A DNA stretch of 64,000 nt, from positions 1-64,000 of the IMG/VR virus record IMGVR_UViG_3300037400_001903; one strand, written 5' to 3'. The notes beneath the pieces are model-generated. The model made no database searches. It was not told the DNA's origin and saw only the letters and a program-made list of their open reading frames with translations. Each line of letters opens with the position of its first letter. Position 1 is the first letter of the stretch. The position numbers and the translations under genes are program-made. Shown here in pieces: positions 1 through 12,300 of this stretch. The DNA is from a virus. Taxonomy: Duplodnaviria > Caudoviricetes.

Positions 1-1510
1 GGCATCTCCAAGCATCAATATACATATCAGCATACTTATTCATGATACCTTCATACATTTCTGTACCAGGTCTACGTTGTAATACACCGTTAACTTCTCC
101 TGAAGTAATCCAAGTAAAGTCACGTCTTACAAGTTCACCAATCTTAGTTTGGTCTAGCATATATAAGTTATTGTCTCTAGCGTACTTATCCTTATATAAT
201 ACATAGTTATCAAACTTAAGTTCATAAGAACCACCAAGTTGCATACCTTGACCTACATTAGTTAAATTGTAGTTCTTGAATTGGTATAAAGCTTTCTCAA
301 CTTGAGAAATGATTCTATGGTTAGCACAACATAATGTGATAGCAGTACCATCTGGTGAAGTTAAAGCTAAATGGTCAGATAAATCTCTTAAGATTTCTTC
401 ATTTACATAATGGCCATTAGCTCCGTTACCACCCATCTCAACTGCTGTACAGTTTAATGAACGATAAATATTTCTATCTACACCAAAGATAAAGTTATTT
501 TGAGTAACAACAATATCTTCAAGACCAGTATATTCTTTAGCAATATTACCAGTTTCATCTAATTGTCTTGAATAAACTGTAGCAGTACCAGAGCTTTTAG
601 CTACTACATCTGTGAATGTATCTTGCTTAACCCAAGATAATGTACCATTATCACTAGTTAATTTATAAACTGCTTGGACAATGAATAATACTCTTTCACT
701 ATGAATTTCTGTATTATCTTTTTGCCAAATGAAACCAGCAATACGAAGGTCACCTGCAGCTGCTGTAGCTCCTGCTTGATAATGAATTAGTGCACCCATA
801 CCTGAAATTAAAGAGTGAGAGTTCACCATCTTAAATGAGATAACTTTAGGTGCTTTGCCATATCTAAACATGTTATGATATGCACCACGATTATCTCTAG
901 TATAGTCTAATACTGCATCACTATAAGCTTGCTTATCTGCAGCAGTAGCTGTATCACTTAATGTAGAACCTGCTTCATTTACAGTTACTACGTCAAATAT
1001 TTTTGAATTATCTAGAACTAATTCACCAATTCTACCAGTGTGTGAACCATAGATATAACGATTATAAGTATGTTTCATACCGATTTCCATATCAGATAAT
1101 TGGTCTTTTAATACATCAATTAATGAACCATCACCTGTACCTTTAAGAATAGCTTCATCTGTAATTGAGAATGTAGCCATTAACTTAGTAGTATCGAATT
1201 CTGCATCAACAGTTTCTCCACCACGTCCTGAGAAATCATCCATTTTTAATTCATATCTATCAAATGTACCAGAACCTACAGCTCTTACATTATCAGAGAT
1301 ACCTAACTTAAATGATTTATATTTCTTTTTTCCAGTAATAGTATCCTTTGGTAACTTATTAATTAAAGCTTCCATAGTATTGAATTCATTTCTGAAGCCT
1401 TCCTCATATTCAGTCTTCATGAAATCTTCAATAACATTCTTAACTGAGTAATTACCATCACCAATAGAATTACCCATATAAATTCCTGAATTTACACTTA
1501 CCTTTTCCAT
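1..1510 (-). CDS. Major capsid protein (HK97-fold, P22-like podophage type), 3' end truncated by window edge
   Basis: Not in ORF track; translated by hand from ATG 1510 (SD AAGGAG): MEKVSVNSG...TTKLMATFSITDEAILKG...MKHTYNRYIYGSHTG...EYTGLEDIVV...FGVDRNIYRSL...YEGIMNKYADMYIDAWRC, open to position 1. Follows portal and scaffold. Confidence 0.85.
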   Translation of the reverse strand, partial: MEKVSVNSGIYMGNSIGDGNYSVKNVIEDFMKTEYEEGFRNEFNTMEALINKLPKDTITGKKKYKSFKLGISDNVRAVGSGTFDRYELKMDDFSGRGGETVDAEFDTTKLMATFSITDEAILKGTGDGSLIDVLKDQLSDMEIGMKHTYNRYIYGSHTGRIGELVLDNSKIFDVVTVNEAGSTLSDTATAADKQAYSDAVLDYTRDNRGAYHNMFRYGKAPKVISFKMVNSHSLISGMGALIHYQAGATAAAGDLRIAGFIWQKDNTEIHSERVLFIVQAVYKLTSDNGTLSWVKQDTFTDVVAKSSGTATVYSRQLDETGNIAKEYTGLEDIVVTQNNFIFGVDRNIYRSLNCTAVEMGGNGANGHYVNEEILRDLSDHLALTSPDGTAITLCCANHRIISQVEKALYQFKNYNLTNVGQGMQLGGSYELKFDNYVLYKDKYARDNNLYMLDQTKIGELVRRDFTWITSGEVNGVLQRRPGTEMYEGIMNKYADMYIDAWRC

Positions 1511-1536
1511 AGTCTTAATCTCCTTAAATTATAATT

Positions 1537-2172
1537 TTATTGGAATTTTTGACTACCACCTTGTCTTAATCTATCCTTGAATGCTGCAAAGGCATCTCTA
1601 GTATTCTTAACTGGAGTACCTTGTGTTCCAGGTAACCCTTGTCCAGCTGACTGGTCATTTGGATTCATAACTGGTGGTTGCCCATTTATAATTGAAGCGA
1701 CTTGCTGTACTCCTGCTGCATTATTACCAGCTTGTACTTGTGGAGTAGGTGTACCACTAGGAGCTGTGGCCTTGCCAACGTTATGTACTGGATGGTCTTT
1801 CTTAGCATAACATCTACCATATACTAGATTGAATGCATCTGTTGCGTATTCAACTGTTGTATTCTTAAGTGTCATGTTTGCTTTAAGGAACTCTAGATAG
1901 TCTTTCATACAGGCTTCTACGATTGCATCACCATAGTTAGCTTTGATAATAGCTACTGCTTGATTAGTAATATCTCTTTTCATATTATCTTCAAGATATT
2001 TTCTAGTGATGTCATCTGTTCCTTGTGCTTGAGGTTGAGCAGGTGCTTTTTTAAAATCTGCAATCTGTGCTTCTAATTTTGTAACATAACCATTCTGGTC
2101 ACTAATAACCTTCTGCAGAAAGGCTTTAGCCTCTTGGTCAGTTACTTTTGCTAATGCTTCGTCAATAGTCAT
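1537..2172 (-). CDS. Probable capsid scaffolding protein
   Basis: 211 aa, helical N-terminus, Q/P/G-rich low-complexity region, basic C-terminal helix; lies between portal and MCP. Confidence 0.65.
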   Translation of the reverse strand: MTIDEALAKVTDQEAKAFLQKVISDQNGYVTKLEAQIADFKKAPAQPQAQGTDDITRKYLEDNMKRDITNQAVAIIKANYGDAIVEACMKDYLEFLKANMTLKNTTVEYATDAFNLVYGRCYAKKDHPVHNVGKATAPSGTPTPQVQAGNNAAGVQQVASIINGQPPVMNPNDQSAGQGLPGTQGTPVKNTRDAFAAFKDRLRQGGSQKFQ

Positions 2173-2220
2173 ATATTCAATATTCTCCTTCCTTACTGTG
2201 CTGTAATGCTTTTGCCTTGG

Positions 2221-4143
2221 CTATTTTCTAGCTGTACCTTTAAGTGCGTCCTTGGCATCTGCGAATACATTACTTTGTTGACTTTGCTTCATGAACTGTT
2301 CATGCTGTTTAATATGTGCGTCTAACGCTTCCTGTAAAAGCTCCCAGGCTTTTGGGTCTCGTTCTTTAAGGCACCTGACCTCAGGCGAGATTCGGAAAAT
2401 ATTATGTTCAGCAATGTGCTGTTCATGTCTATGGTAATTATAAGCTTGTGGTATTTCCTTGTTGTTTAGGATTAAATCATTCTCCCAACAAATTAAATCA
2501 TGATTAGCTCTTTCTGCAGGGTCAAGTGTATCACGAAGATAACTTGCATGCATTGAGTTAAGTAATTCAATTTTAGATTGATAACTTAATCCAGACTGAG
2601 GATTATACAAGCCAAAATTACCTGCTTGTTGAAGTTTCTTGTCGAACACTTGGTCTGATTTCATCAAGAAGTCTCGATTTACAATCGTAACCTGTTCGGC
2701 ATCTACCTCTTCTAACCTATATTTTAACATATAATTATCAATTTTGGCAAGTTCTAATTCTTTAATTAGAGTCTTACCACGTTGTTTTTCTAGATAAATA
2801 AGTTTTTTAAATACATTTATCATGCAAGAAGATATGTTATCTACTGCATTTACAAGTTTATTTTCATCTGATTCAGATAGCTTATCTACTACACCATCAG
2901 TTCTTACATTCGATTTAGAAGAACCGAAAGCTGTCATTTGAGATAGACCTGCTGTAACTAGCATGTCATCCTCTAGAGCTTTAAGATAATTCATAAACTC
3001 AGCAGATAATTTATCTTTCTGAACTGGTTGTGGAGCCTTAGCATTTCTCTTTAATCCTATAAGCTTACCAGGTTTATTTGAAAAGTTATTTTTGTTTATT
3101 AGAGAACCTTCCCAATAATATAATTGACCTATAGCAATATGGTTAACATACTCTAAGTATCTATTCTTTACAGCATTGTATGTGTCTTGAATAGGAATAA
3201 GCTGTGAATATACTGTCACACCAACTAGTTTATTAGGAACTGATTGCATTCTTAAGAAGTCAAATGGAATAGCTCTTCTACCATTTGCTGCATTCACATA
3301 AGGTAATATATCATCATATAAAACTTTCTTGTTACAAGTTATAACGTATCTACCATTAGGATATAAAGCATCAGGCTTTTTATAATATTCATATACATAA
3401 GCATATTCTATAGCACCACCATTAGTCATACCAAAATTAGTATAACGTGGGTAAGTTGAAAGCTTCGCATCTGATATAGATTCTTTTTCAGCAGCAAATC
3501 CCCAACGTGCTTTTATATATTCACATGGGAATACTCTTCTATGTACTAATTCATTAACATCTTCCATTGACTCTATATAATAAGAATCAACAAATACTTC
3601 ATGAATAGGTACTGGCATAACGAAAGGTCTTCCTTCATAAATTTTTAATTTACCTTTCTGCTCGCCTATTTGAGTCCCCTCTAATTCTGCTATCTTATCT
3701 CCAGCAGACCAATCAATACCTGTCTTAAACCACTCTAATCCATACACATCATCACGTTTAATAGCTTTCTCATAAAGTAATTTGAAATTGCTTTTTAACA
3801 TAAAGTCATTGATAAAGTTATTAACCTCTATAGAATCTTGAACTGCCTTGCTTGTATTATTATAAGGAATGATACCTGGGATAGGCATGTTCTGCGTAAG
3901 GATACCATAACGTGTAAGATAGATTGGCAAAAGTCTGTTAAAAATCTTTTTTTCTGTATAGACATTAGGGTCAGTATTCTTTTGTTCTATATTAAGTTTT
4001 CTAACATTTATCTTTTTATTTTGTGCTCCCGATATATATTCGTTATTCAACTTTCCTTGAAGTATGTAAGGATTTAATCCTGTCATAGAATCGTCTACGA
4101 ACATTTCAATATAGGTAGCAATATCTTTTGCCATCTGTCTCAT
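2221..4143 (-). CDS. Portal protein (P22-like head-tail connector)
   Basis: 640 aa; size, position after terL and motifs (PIHEVFVD, LIPIQDTYNA, H..HIAEHNIF near the C-terminus) typical of podophage portals. Confidence 0.8.
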   Translation of the reverse strand: MRQMAKDIATYIEMFVDDSMTGLNPYILQGKLNNEYISGAQNKKINVRKLNIEQKNTDPNVYTEKKIFNRLLPIYLTRYGILTQNMPIPGIIPYNNTSKAVQDSIEVNNFINDFMLKSNFKLLYEKAIKRDDVYGLEWFKTGIDWSAGDKIAELEGTQIGEQKGKLKIYEGRPFVMPVPIHEVFVDSYYIESMEDVNELVHRRVFPCEYIKARWGFAAEKESISDAKLSTYPRYTNFGMTNGGAIEYAYVYEYYKKPDALYPNGRYVITCNKKVLYDDILPYVNAANGRRAIPFDFLRMQSVPNKLVGVTVYSQLIPIQDTYNAVKNRYLEYVNHIAIGQLYYWEGSLINKNNFSNKPGKLIGLKRNAKAPQPVQKDKLSAEFMNYLKALEDDMLVTAGLSQMTAFGSSKSNVRTDGVVDKLSESDENKLVNAVDNISSCMINVFKKLIYLEKQRGKTLIKELELAKIDNYMLKYRLEEVDAEQVTIVNRDFLMKSDQVFDKKLQQAGNFGLYNPQSGLSYQSKIELLNSMHASYLRDTLDPAERANHDLICWENDLILNNKEIPQAYNYHRHEQHIAEHNIFRISPEVRCLKERDPKAWELLQEALDAHIKQHEQFMKQSQQSNVFADAKDALKGTARK

Positions 4144-4153
4144 TTGTTACCTC

Positions 4154-4453
4154 CTAGATATTAGGGTCATAAGCATGTGGGTCGAACACAGGTTCATTAT
4201 CATCCATATCTTGAACGACTTGCTCTGCATTTGCAGTGTTTTGCTGTTCATTAGCTAAAGCATCTAACTGTCTTAATGCTTCAGTCAAATCTTCTTGAGT
4301 AGCTCTTTCTTTTTCAATGCTTTCTTTAGTCATAACTAGCAATCTTTTATTAACTTCATTTAATAATAACATTTGATTATATAAAAGGATTGCAATGATA
4401 ACTACTATTACAACAAGAGCAACAATTAATGTGATAAAAATTACATTGTTCAT
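4154..4453 (-). CDS. Small membrane protein (N-terminal TM helix + coiled coil)
   Basis: VIFITLIVALVVIVVIIAILLY hydrophobic run followed by a charged helical segment; SD AAGGAG; overlaps upstream stop. Confidence 0.7.
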   Translation of the reverse strand: MNNVIFITLIVALVVIVVIIAILLYNQMLLLNEVNKRLLVMTKESIEKERATQEDLTEALRQLDALANEQQNTANAEQVVQDMDDNEPVFDPHAYDPNI

Positions 4454-4719
4454 TTCTTCTTACTCTCCTTTTTAACTGGTTCAGGCTGATTTAAAATATC
4501 TTTTACTTCAATTCCCAAATAAGCTTTAACTTTTTCTGGGTCAGCTAGTAGTGCTTCCCTAAGAATAACTGCGTTCAAAGGAATGAATTCTGTTGAGCCT
4601 TTACAACATAAACAAATATCATTTATGGTGTGAAGAGTGACTGGCAAACCTAATCTAATAGGTGTAATACCAGCATTAGAAACTTTTGAACTGTGTTCTA
4701 AATAATATCTTGTCTGCAT
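4450..4719 (-). CDS. Hypothetical protein, 89 aa
   Basis: SD AAAGGAG; first gene after the promoter at 4741-4769. Confidence 0.7.
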   Translation of the reverse strand: MQTRYYLEHSSKVSNAGITPIRLGLPVTLHTINDICLCCKGSTEFIPLNAVILREALLADPEKVKAYLGIEVKDILNQPEPVKKESKKK

Positions 4720-4740
4720 ATATTTCTCCTTTTTGATTAT

Positions 4741-4769
4741 ATTTTATCATAATTCAAAAATACTATCAA
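4741..4769 (-). promoter_or_regulatory. sigmaA-type promoter for portal-scaffold-capsid genes
   Basis: TTGATA-17 nt-TAAAAT with TGn extended -10 on the - strand. Confidence 0.6.
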
Positions 4770-6327
4770 CACTAATTGTGTATTCATCGGCTTCCTCTTC
4801 CTCTAATTTTCTCTCATCTTCATCTAATAATATCTGTAGATAACTTCTATTATCAACTGTTAATGATTCAAAGCCTAGAGGTTCTATGTCATCAGAGTAG
4901 AAAACAAGGAAGTGACCATAGGCATCAATAGCGTGGTCTTTACATTTAGAAGCAAGTTGTTCTGGATTATCATCATCATGAACAGCATTATTTAATTCTT
5001 CAATAAGATTTGTACATGCTGTAGATATTCTGAATTTGTAAACATCATCAGCATTTTTAAGAGTTGTTGCTGAGTGAATCTTATCATATCTCATCATAAC
5101 TTTACCTTTACCAGATTCTACTCCTACAGGGTTCAATCCATAGAATTCAAATACATCAGATTTAGTTTCACCTATAATCTTACCTGTATCATTTCTATAT
5201 CTATCACCACCACGGAACATATCATGTGGTAAACATGTGCAAGATATTTCAAAGTCTTCTGATTCTTTTGCAATCTCTTTTACGAAATCTTCAAATACTA
5301 ATTCCTGTCCATATAGTTCTTTGAATGTTATTACTCTATGGTCTGGGAATACTGCATGCCATAAGCAACAATAGTATGATGGTTTATAACCCCAGTCTAT
5401 TGATGCAAATATTTCCACATGACCAGATAGTTTTTGTAAATCTTCAGCTATAGCTTGAGGGGATAATAATTGTTCTGGTTTTAAATCGAAGTATCTACCA
5501 GCAACTACATCCCAGTTACCATACATATCCATTTGCTTTTGATGGTCTGATAATGATTCAAGGTTTGCAACATAAGAAGCATTAAGATAAGGGTTATCTT
5601 TAAATGATGCTGGTATGAAACGAATAAATCTCTTAATCCAGTGACCATCTCTTGGGTCTTGAACAAACTCAATGTGGTCTTTAGTTTGGATAGGTGTCTT
5701 GTGTTCGTCATACTTAACAACAGTTGTGTCAATGAATCTTTCCTTAACCCACTTATGTCCGATACCTCCTGGGTTACATCCAAATACAACTTTAGTTGGA
5801 ATATGTATAGGCTTACCTGTATATTTATTTAATACTGTAGCTGAACGTACGCAGGTTAATAGATAGTCAATAGTTCTCTTCTCTTGCTTTGTAACTTCAT
5901 CTATTGCAAGGTAGTGGAATTCCCATCCTTGCTTTGCTTTAGCTTCTTGATAGTTAGCAACACGTTGTAGTGTGATATAACTACCATTAGGGAAAACAAT
6001 AGAACGAGAAGGATACCATGAACTAGACTTTTCTTTATATTCATAAATAGTTATACCATTAACTACTGGTGGGAAAAGTGTTGGTAACTTATCTAGGAAT
6101 GATTGCTTAACAGCATCTAATGTTTCACGAAGTATACAACACTTTGCACCAGGATAAGTCTGACAGAACATAAAGGCATCAGCGAGGATGCCAGCAGATT
6201 TGCCAGCACCTCTCGCTCCACCATAGCAGATTATCCATATATCATCATAACTAACAGGAGCATTATGCAATAATATTTGTTTTGGAGTTGGCCTATAGTT
6301 AGGCGTTATTACCATAGTTTGTGCCAC
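4747..6327 (-). CDS. terL: Terminase large subunit
   Basis: Walker A GGARGAGKS, Walker B YLAIDE, coupling motif GCNPGG, nuclease SIDWG and DHAIDA; GTG start overlaps the giant gene stop by 1 nt. Confidence 0.93.
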   Translation of the reverse strand: MAQTMVITPNYRPTPKQILLHNAPVSYDDIWIICYGGARGAGKSAGILADAFMFCQTYPGAKCCILRETLDAVKQSFLDKLPTLFPPVVNGITIYEYKEKSSSWYPSRSIVFPNGSYITLQRVANYQEAKAKQGWEFHYLAIDEVTKQEKRTIDYLLTCVRSATVLNKYTGKPIHIPTKVVFGCNPGGIGHKWVKERFIDTTVVKYDEHKTPIQTKDHIEFVQDPRDGHWIKRFIRFIPASFKDNPYLNASYVANLESLSDHQKQMDMYGNWDVVAGRYFDLKPEQLLSPQAIAEDLQKLSGHVEIFASIDWGYKPSYYCCLWHAVFPDHRVITFKELYGQELVFEDFVKEIAKESEDFEISCTCLPHDMFRGGDRYRNDTGKIIGETKSDVFEFYGLNPVGVESGKGKVMMRYDKIHSATTLKNADDVYKFRISTACTNLIEELNNAVHDDDNPEQLASKCKDHAIDAYGHFLVFYSDDIEPLGFESLTVDNRSYLQILLDEDERKLEEEEADEYTISVDSIFEL

Positions 6328-9300
6328 TATTTATTACCTCCTTGGCTGAATGGATTGAAGCCTCTATCTCTTTTAACATAAGATGTACCATCTTTATAAT
6401 GTTGAGTTTCTGTTCCCCAAATATCCTTTGATGTTCCATAATCAACAGCATTACGCATGTTGCTATAAATATCTGAAGGAGTTGAAGAACTATTATAGTA
6501 TCTTCTATTTTTAGAATATGTATTTGTATTCCAGTTATTAACATTATTGTAATAATGGTTTCTATATGTAGGCTTGTAACTAGATGAAGAATATAATGTA
6601 GGATAATTGCGTTGATACTTATACAAAGAATTAACATTATTGTTTTTAAAGCTTCCTTCAATAGGCTTAGCCTCAGCTTGCTGATTAACTACGTCATAAT
6701 ATAATTCATCTAAGTTAGGGAAGATTCTATCTTCATACACTAAAGCAGATTTGATTGAATTATATTCTTTTTGTGATAATGAATTATAGAAATCAGTTTG
6801 ATTAGTAAGCTTTTGAATCTGAGTTCTAAGAGAAACAGCAGCTATTGCAGATTTAATTTCTTTTAGGCTAACATGATTATTAACAGCTTCTCTTATAATA
6901 TTATATATTGTTGTAGGAGATGCTTTAATATGCATAGCATTTCTTAGTTTAGATTTTAAACCATCATAATAATCTTTGTTAAACTCAGAATTTAGATTTG
7001 TATTATAAGTATCTTTATTATTTAAAGACTTATATTCGTATACAATATTTAAAGCTGTGTTGTAATTTTTCCAATCAGACTTAAATGATTTTGAGTTTCC
7101 TAATTCTTCACGGAATGCATTTTCAAATCCATGACCAAGAGTTTCCATGAAGTTATCATCATTATATTCATAAGTATTCATTGTATTCATAAATGCATTA
7201 GCACCTTTAGAACCCATTGAATATCCTAAAGCTTTTCTAGATAAATTATCAAAGAAGTTTTCCCCTTGATTACCATAAGGATTTGTGAAGTTATTCTTTG
7301 GTATTAAAGCATCAGGTATCATAGTGAATGCAGGATTCAATTTGTTCCAAACATTTTGATTGAAATAATTTCCTAAAGCTTCACCAAATATATCCATAGC
7401 TTTTGAAGAACTATCATCATCCTTATGATTCTTTATTGCATTGATTAAAGGATTAGCTACTAAATTCTTAACACCATAATATGGATTCCATACAGTAGAT
7501 GTATTCATTACTGTATCATCTAATAATATAGAACTAAATAGCTCTATTGATGCATCATCAGATAATATAGAATCAATCATTTCTTTCTTATCTTCTTCGT
7601 CATCATCCATTAACCAAACTGGCAACATTTGTAATAGAACCTGAGCTATAACTAATGTACCAATAGAACCAACTTGTCTTCCTAACCATTTTAGTGTAGA
7701 AGAATCTGCTGTACCTGTAAAGATTTCTTTTGCAGCGAACGCTCCAGACCTTATCTCGTTTCTAGCAAACCTTACTAAAGCTAATGGGAATGTTGTGAAG
7801 ATGAATCCATGTGCACTTAAATCACCAGCTACACCAGGCATATCACCGTATGTACCATAAGTATTTGATACAATCATAGCAGCTATTCTAGAAGATGCTT
7901 TTGTTCCAGCGTTTGTACCAGAAATATCATTCTTCATATTATCAGCAATCTTTTGAAGTTTGTCTTTTAAATAATATGAGTTACCTAGTCTGCTATAAAT
8001 AGATTCAATTTTGCCACCATTATCATCTAATGTTTGTTTTAAACTTAAATACATTGCATATCTATTTGCTAAATGTTGAGCAGTAAATTGTTTACCAATA
8101 AAGTTTAGATAAGGGTTTTTAGATTGTGTGTATCTTTCACCTAGAGATACTTTATTAGATAGAGGGTCAACACCTGTTATATCCATAAACTCTCTTAAAG
8201 ATTCTGCACAATACTTACCATTACTTTGAAGGTATGCACCTATCTCTTTTGTAACTTGAGGTAAATATTTAACTGTCTCAAAATTACCAGAAGCTATAGA
8301 ACTACTTAAATCAAACATTGAGAAGTTTAACATTCTAGTAGGGAACTTAACTGGATTAGCCATAACAAGTTTAATAACTAAGTTGCCTATAGTACTTGTT
8401 ATTTTCTTTAATAATGATGGTTCACGAGTATAGAATAACTTTTGAGTATGCTTTGCTACTGTTGCATCCATGAAATATAAGTCACCACGTAGAGCATCAA
8501 GTGCAACATTTTGTTCATATGTTCCTTCTAATCCACCTTCACCATGAGTTAATCTAAAGATATAATCATCTGTTGCATAAGGTGATAAAGCTTTGAATTG
8601 AGACAAGTCTTTGTTATACTCTCTACCAAATTGGTCTGTTATAACTAAGCCATGTTCTTCAGCATACTTTGTTATTGATTCATATATTCCATCAGTCAAT
8701 GTTGTTTTCTCACCACGTTCAATTTGTATTGTAGTAATTTTTCCTACTATGTCCATCATAACTGTATAAGCTTTTACAGCATTATCTAATGTAGTATCCT
8801 GAGGATTTGCCATTGATTGAGATAATAAATTATGGAATGTTATATCACCATAGGATTCTTTCAAAGGCTCTAAGTATCTCTTATATATTTCGTTATATAA
8901 AGAAGCATACTTCGCACAAGATGTTAGAGCTTCAGGGTCTAGTTTAATATTAGACATATTTAAAGTATCTTTAACTTGAACTATAAAATTATTCAAGCCA
9001 GCATTCTCTAAACTTTCAGCATCATCACTACCATATTTATTGAGTTCTTCTACAGATATTTTAGAGCTTATTGCACTACAAGTTTCATCAAATGCAAGAG
9101 TATTAGACATAGCTCCATTGCTCTTCATCTCTTCTCTATAATTTAATAATGCGTGGAAATTACCAACTTGAGATGCTGCACTAACTATATTAGTTAATGC
9201 ATCAAACTCTGTATAGCATCCTTCAGGGTCTAGGCCAGATGTAGCACCTTTTATAGAGAATGGATTGTTTGTATACTTAGCAGTACCTGCAAATATTAAA

Positions 9301-12300
9301 GAGGAATTTTTTACACGGTCTTCTTTTGAACTACCTGTAGCTTTTGTAGGTAAGAAGAATCTTGCTCTATTAGGACAAGTTTGACCTGTAGCATTACAAT
9401 AAGCTTGCATAGCACTATATATTCTATTACATACAATATTTAATTGTTCATCAATAGGAGCGAATATTTTTCTATAGCTCTCTATATGATTTGATATAGT
9501 AGATAAGTCACCTTTACTTGTAACATTAAGTTCTTTTAAAATATTATCTTTTACTTTTTGATAATATGCTGCAGTTTTTTCTTTCAACTTTGTTTCAAGT
9601 TTATTATTACAGAAGGCTAAAGATGACATTAAGTTTTTAAGTTTAATATATCTATTATAGGATTCTTTTAATTCGGTGTTAGCATTTATTTTTCCTGCAA
9701 CAGTAAGGAATTCTGAGCCAAGTAATTGATTTCTATAACTCTTAACATTAGCTCTGTAAGCTACTACAGTTCTATCTGTATCAGCTTCTTTTATTTTACT
9801 AGAGCTTAATATATCTGTATGGAACTCTGCAATATCTTTAGATGCTTTTAATCTTTCAATTTCTAAATCAAAACGTGTCTTATCGAAAGTAGAAGAAGCA
9901 CCTCTTGTCTCATCAACTACATTGCCAAGAAGATAATTTAAGTCATCCATATTTACTAGAGTAGATATATCTTCGGCTTCAGGCTTGTTAATTGATTTAA
10001 CTAAATTGTTTAGTTTGTCAATGTTTTCATTTGCTAAGTTGTCTTGAGCTTCTGTATCAGTTCCTTGATTATAGAATTCTCTTAGAGTATCACTATCACT
10101 AATAGATTTTCTTAACTGGTCAATTACAGGTTCAAACATTTCATGACGTTTATAACCATATAAACCACTCTTGCTTACATCAGCATATTCACCATAAGTT
10201 CCTATAAATGGTTTAGGGTTAGCAGTGAACACTAAGCCTTTATCATCATCTAATCCGAAATATCTAGGAGCAATATCTGATATGATTTGGTCTCTATTAG
10301 TTGTTAATCTTCTAACTCTTTCTAGTCTATTCTTAGCAGTAGATAAGTAAGCTTTTAAATTAGTATTTAATTTATCAGCCCAATAAGCTGTACCAGTACC
10401 GACTTTTTGAGGGTCATTATATCTAGTAGAGAAATATTTACCAGTAGAATCACCATGTATAAATTCCTGCTTAGAAGAATCATTATATAAATCATTACCA
10501 GCATTTTCTGTGAACATATATTGTAAGTCTCTTGTAAGATTTGGATATTGATTAATAAGTCTTTGCTCTGGTGTAATTCTATCTTGCGTTGCTGCTACAT
10601 CTCCTACTTTAGGGTCAGCGATACCAGCAATGCGTGCTGTCTTTTTCATATAAGGAACACAATCTACATAAGACTGAGTATTAAATGAATTAGACTGATT
10701 ACCAGATTTACCATTCATTAAGTTCAATACACCATTTAATGTATAATCATTTATATTATTTTTAAATTGGTATAGATATTTTTTATCAACACCTAAAGTT
10801 TCTGCAAGTTCTGCTACAAATTTTTCTAGTGGGTAGTAAGCTTCTGAGGCATCTGTATAATTATAGCCATCAACTTTCTTTCCACCAGATAATATGTTTT
10901 GGTCACCAAGTAGGAAACTTTCAGGTCTTGTATAGTAATAAAGTAATGTATTGTTCTTATGAATTTCTTTTGCTTTAGTTTTTGACTCAAGCTTTTTAGT
11001 ACCATCTAATTCCTCAGCATCTGTTGGTTTAAGTGCTGGAGACATATCAGGCAATTTATCTATCATATATCTTACATAAGGGTCTTTAGATGTATATAGT
11101 TGTTTAACTTCATCATCAGACATTTTATCAAAGATATAATATAAAATATTTGAACCTGTGTTTCCAGATGTTAAAGTTCCATCTAGCATGTTCTTAACTA
11201 AATCATTAACATTAGGTAGTTCTTCTTTAATTTTAGCACAGTGTTCATATAGAAGTTTAGCTAATAAAGTTCTATATACTCTTACACCATTAGTTGAACT
11301 AGCCCAAGGAGTATTAGCTTTATCTAATAATCTGCTAATCTCATTCTCGTTTTTAGAATCATAATAGAATTTATAAGAACCATCAGCTTGTTTAACTTTA
11401 CTATACCACTTGCCATGTAACTTTATTAATGTATCAGGGTTTGTCCTATCATTAACAAAACTTATTACATCCATTGGCTTAGATTTAGTATCCTGCTTAT
11501 AGAATGAATTTGCTTCTGGACAATAAGCTCTACATTTTAACTTAGTAAACTTAGCTTGAGTAGGGTCTTTAATCTCATTAAAGTCCTCATCATAGTATAT
11601 AATTTCATAAGTATCTCCTGCACCAGCACTAAGTTTCTTTAGGTCAAATATGTTACTTGCAGATAAGAAATCTATTGAGTTAAAGAATTGAGACATTTTT
11701 TTAACTTGTTCTTTAGTAAGATTATCATTATATAAAGAAGTATCTACACCAAGAAGCTGCATCTTTTCTAATAACATATAACGTTCTGCAAAGTCTTTGT
11801 CCTTATGAAGTGTTGCAAAGTCTTGAAGAAGTTTTTCTCTACTAGATTTTAATTGCTCTAATAAAGCTTTTCTTTCCTCAAAGAATCTTTTTGCAGATTT
11901 ACTTGCATATAGAGAACCACCAAGTATTAAAGCTATCTCCTTTTCAGCATTTAGAGCTTCGTCTATTGCATCGTTTATTTTAGGTTGGAATTCATTTGCT
12001 AAAGGCCTGTGAAGATTTCTTATCTCATTCTTTCTTCTGTCATCAGCATAATCAAATTCAATAGCTAATTCATCCCAAGTAGGTTTATTCATTGCTATTT
12101 GTTCTGCATCAAATTTTTTTCTTCTCTTAGCATATTCAGCTGTTGCCTCTGCTTGCTTAACTCTAGCTTCATGCCTTTTAGTATTCCATTCTTTAAGTTG
12201 CTGTAATTGCTCTTTTGAAAGAGATTTTAATACATCTTTTGAATTAATTATTGCTTGAATTTCAGGGTCATACTGCTTATATAACTCATCTAGTTTTTTA

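Noticed and set aside
10550-10660. PYMKK...ATQD...QRL as the beta C-terminal YMLKL...VTQQP...GQRFGE equivalent
   Set aside because: Similarity too weak to claim by eye; kept only as something to test in the structural model.
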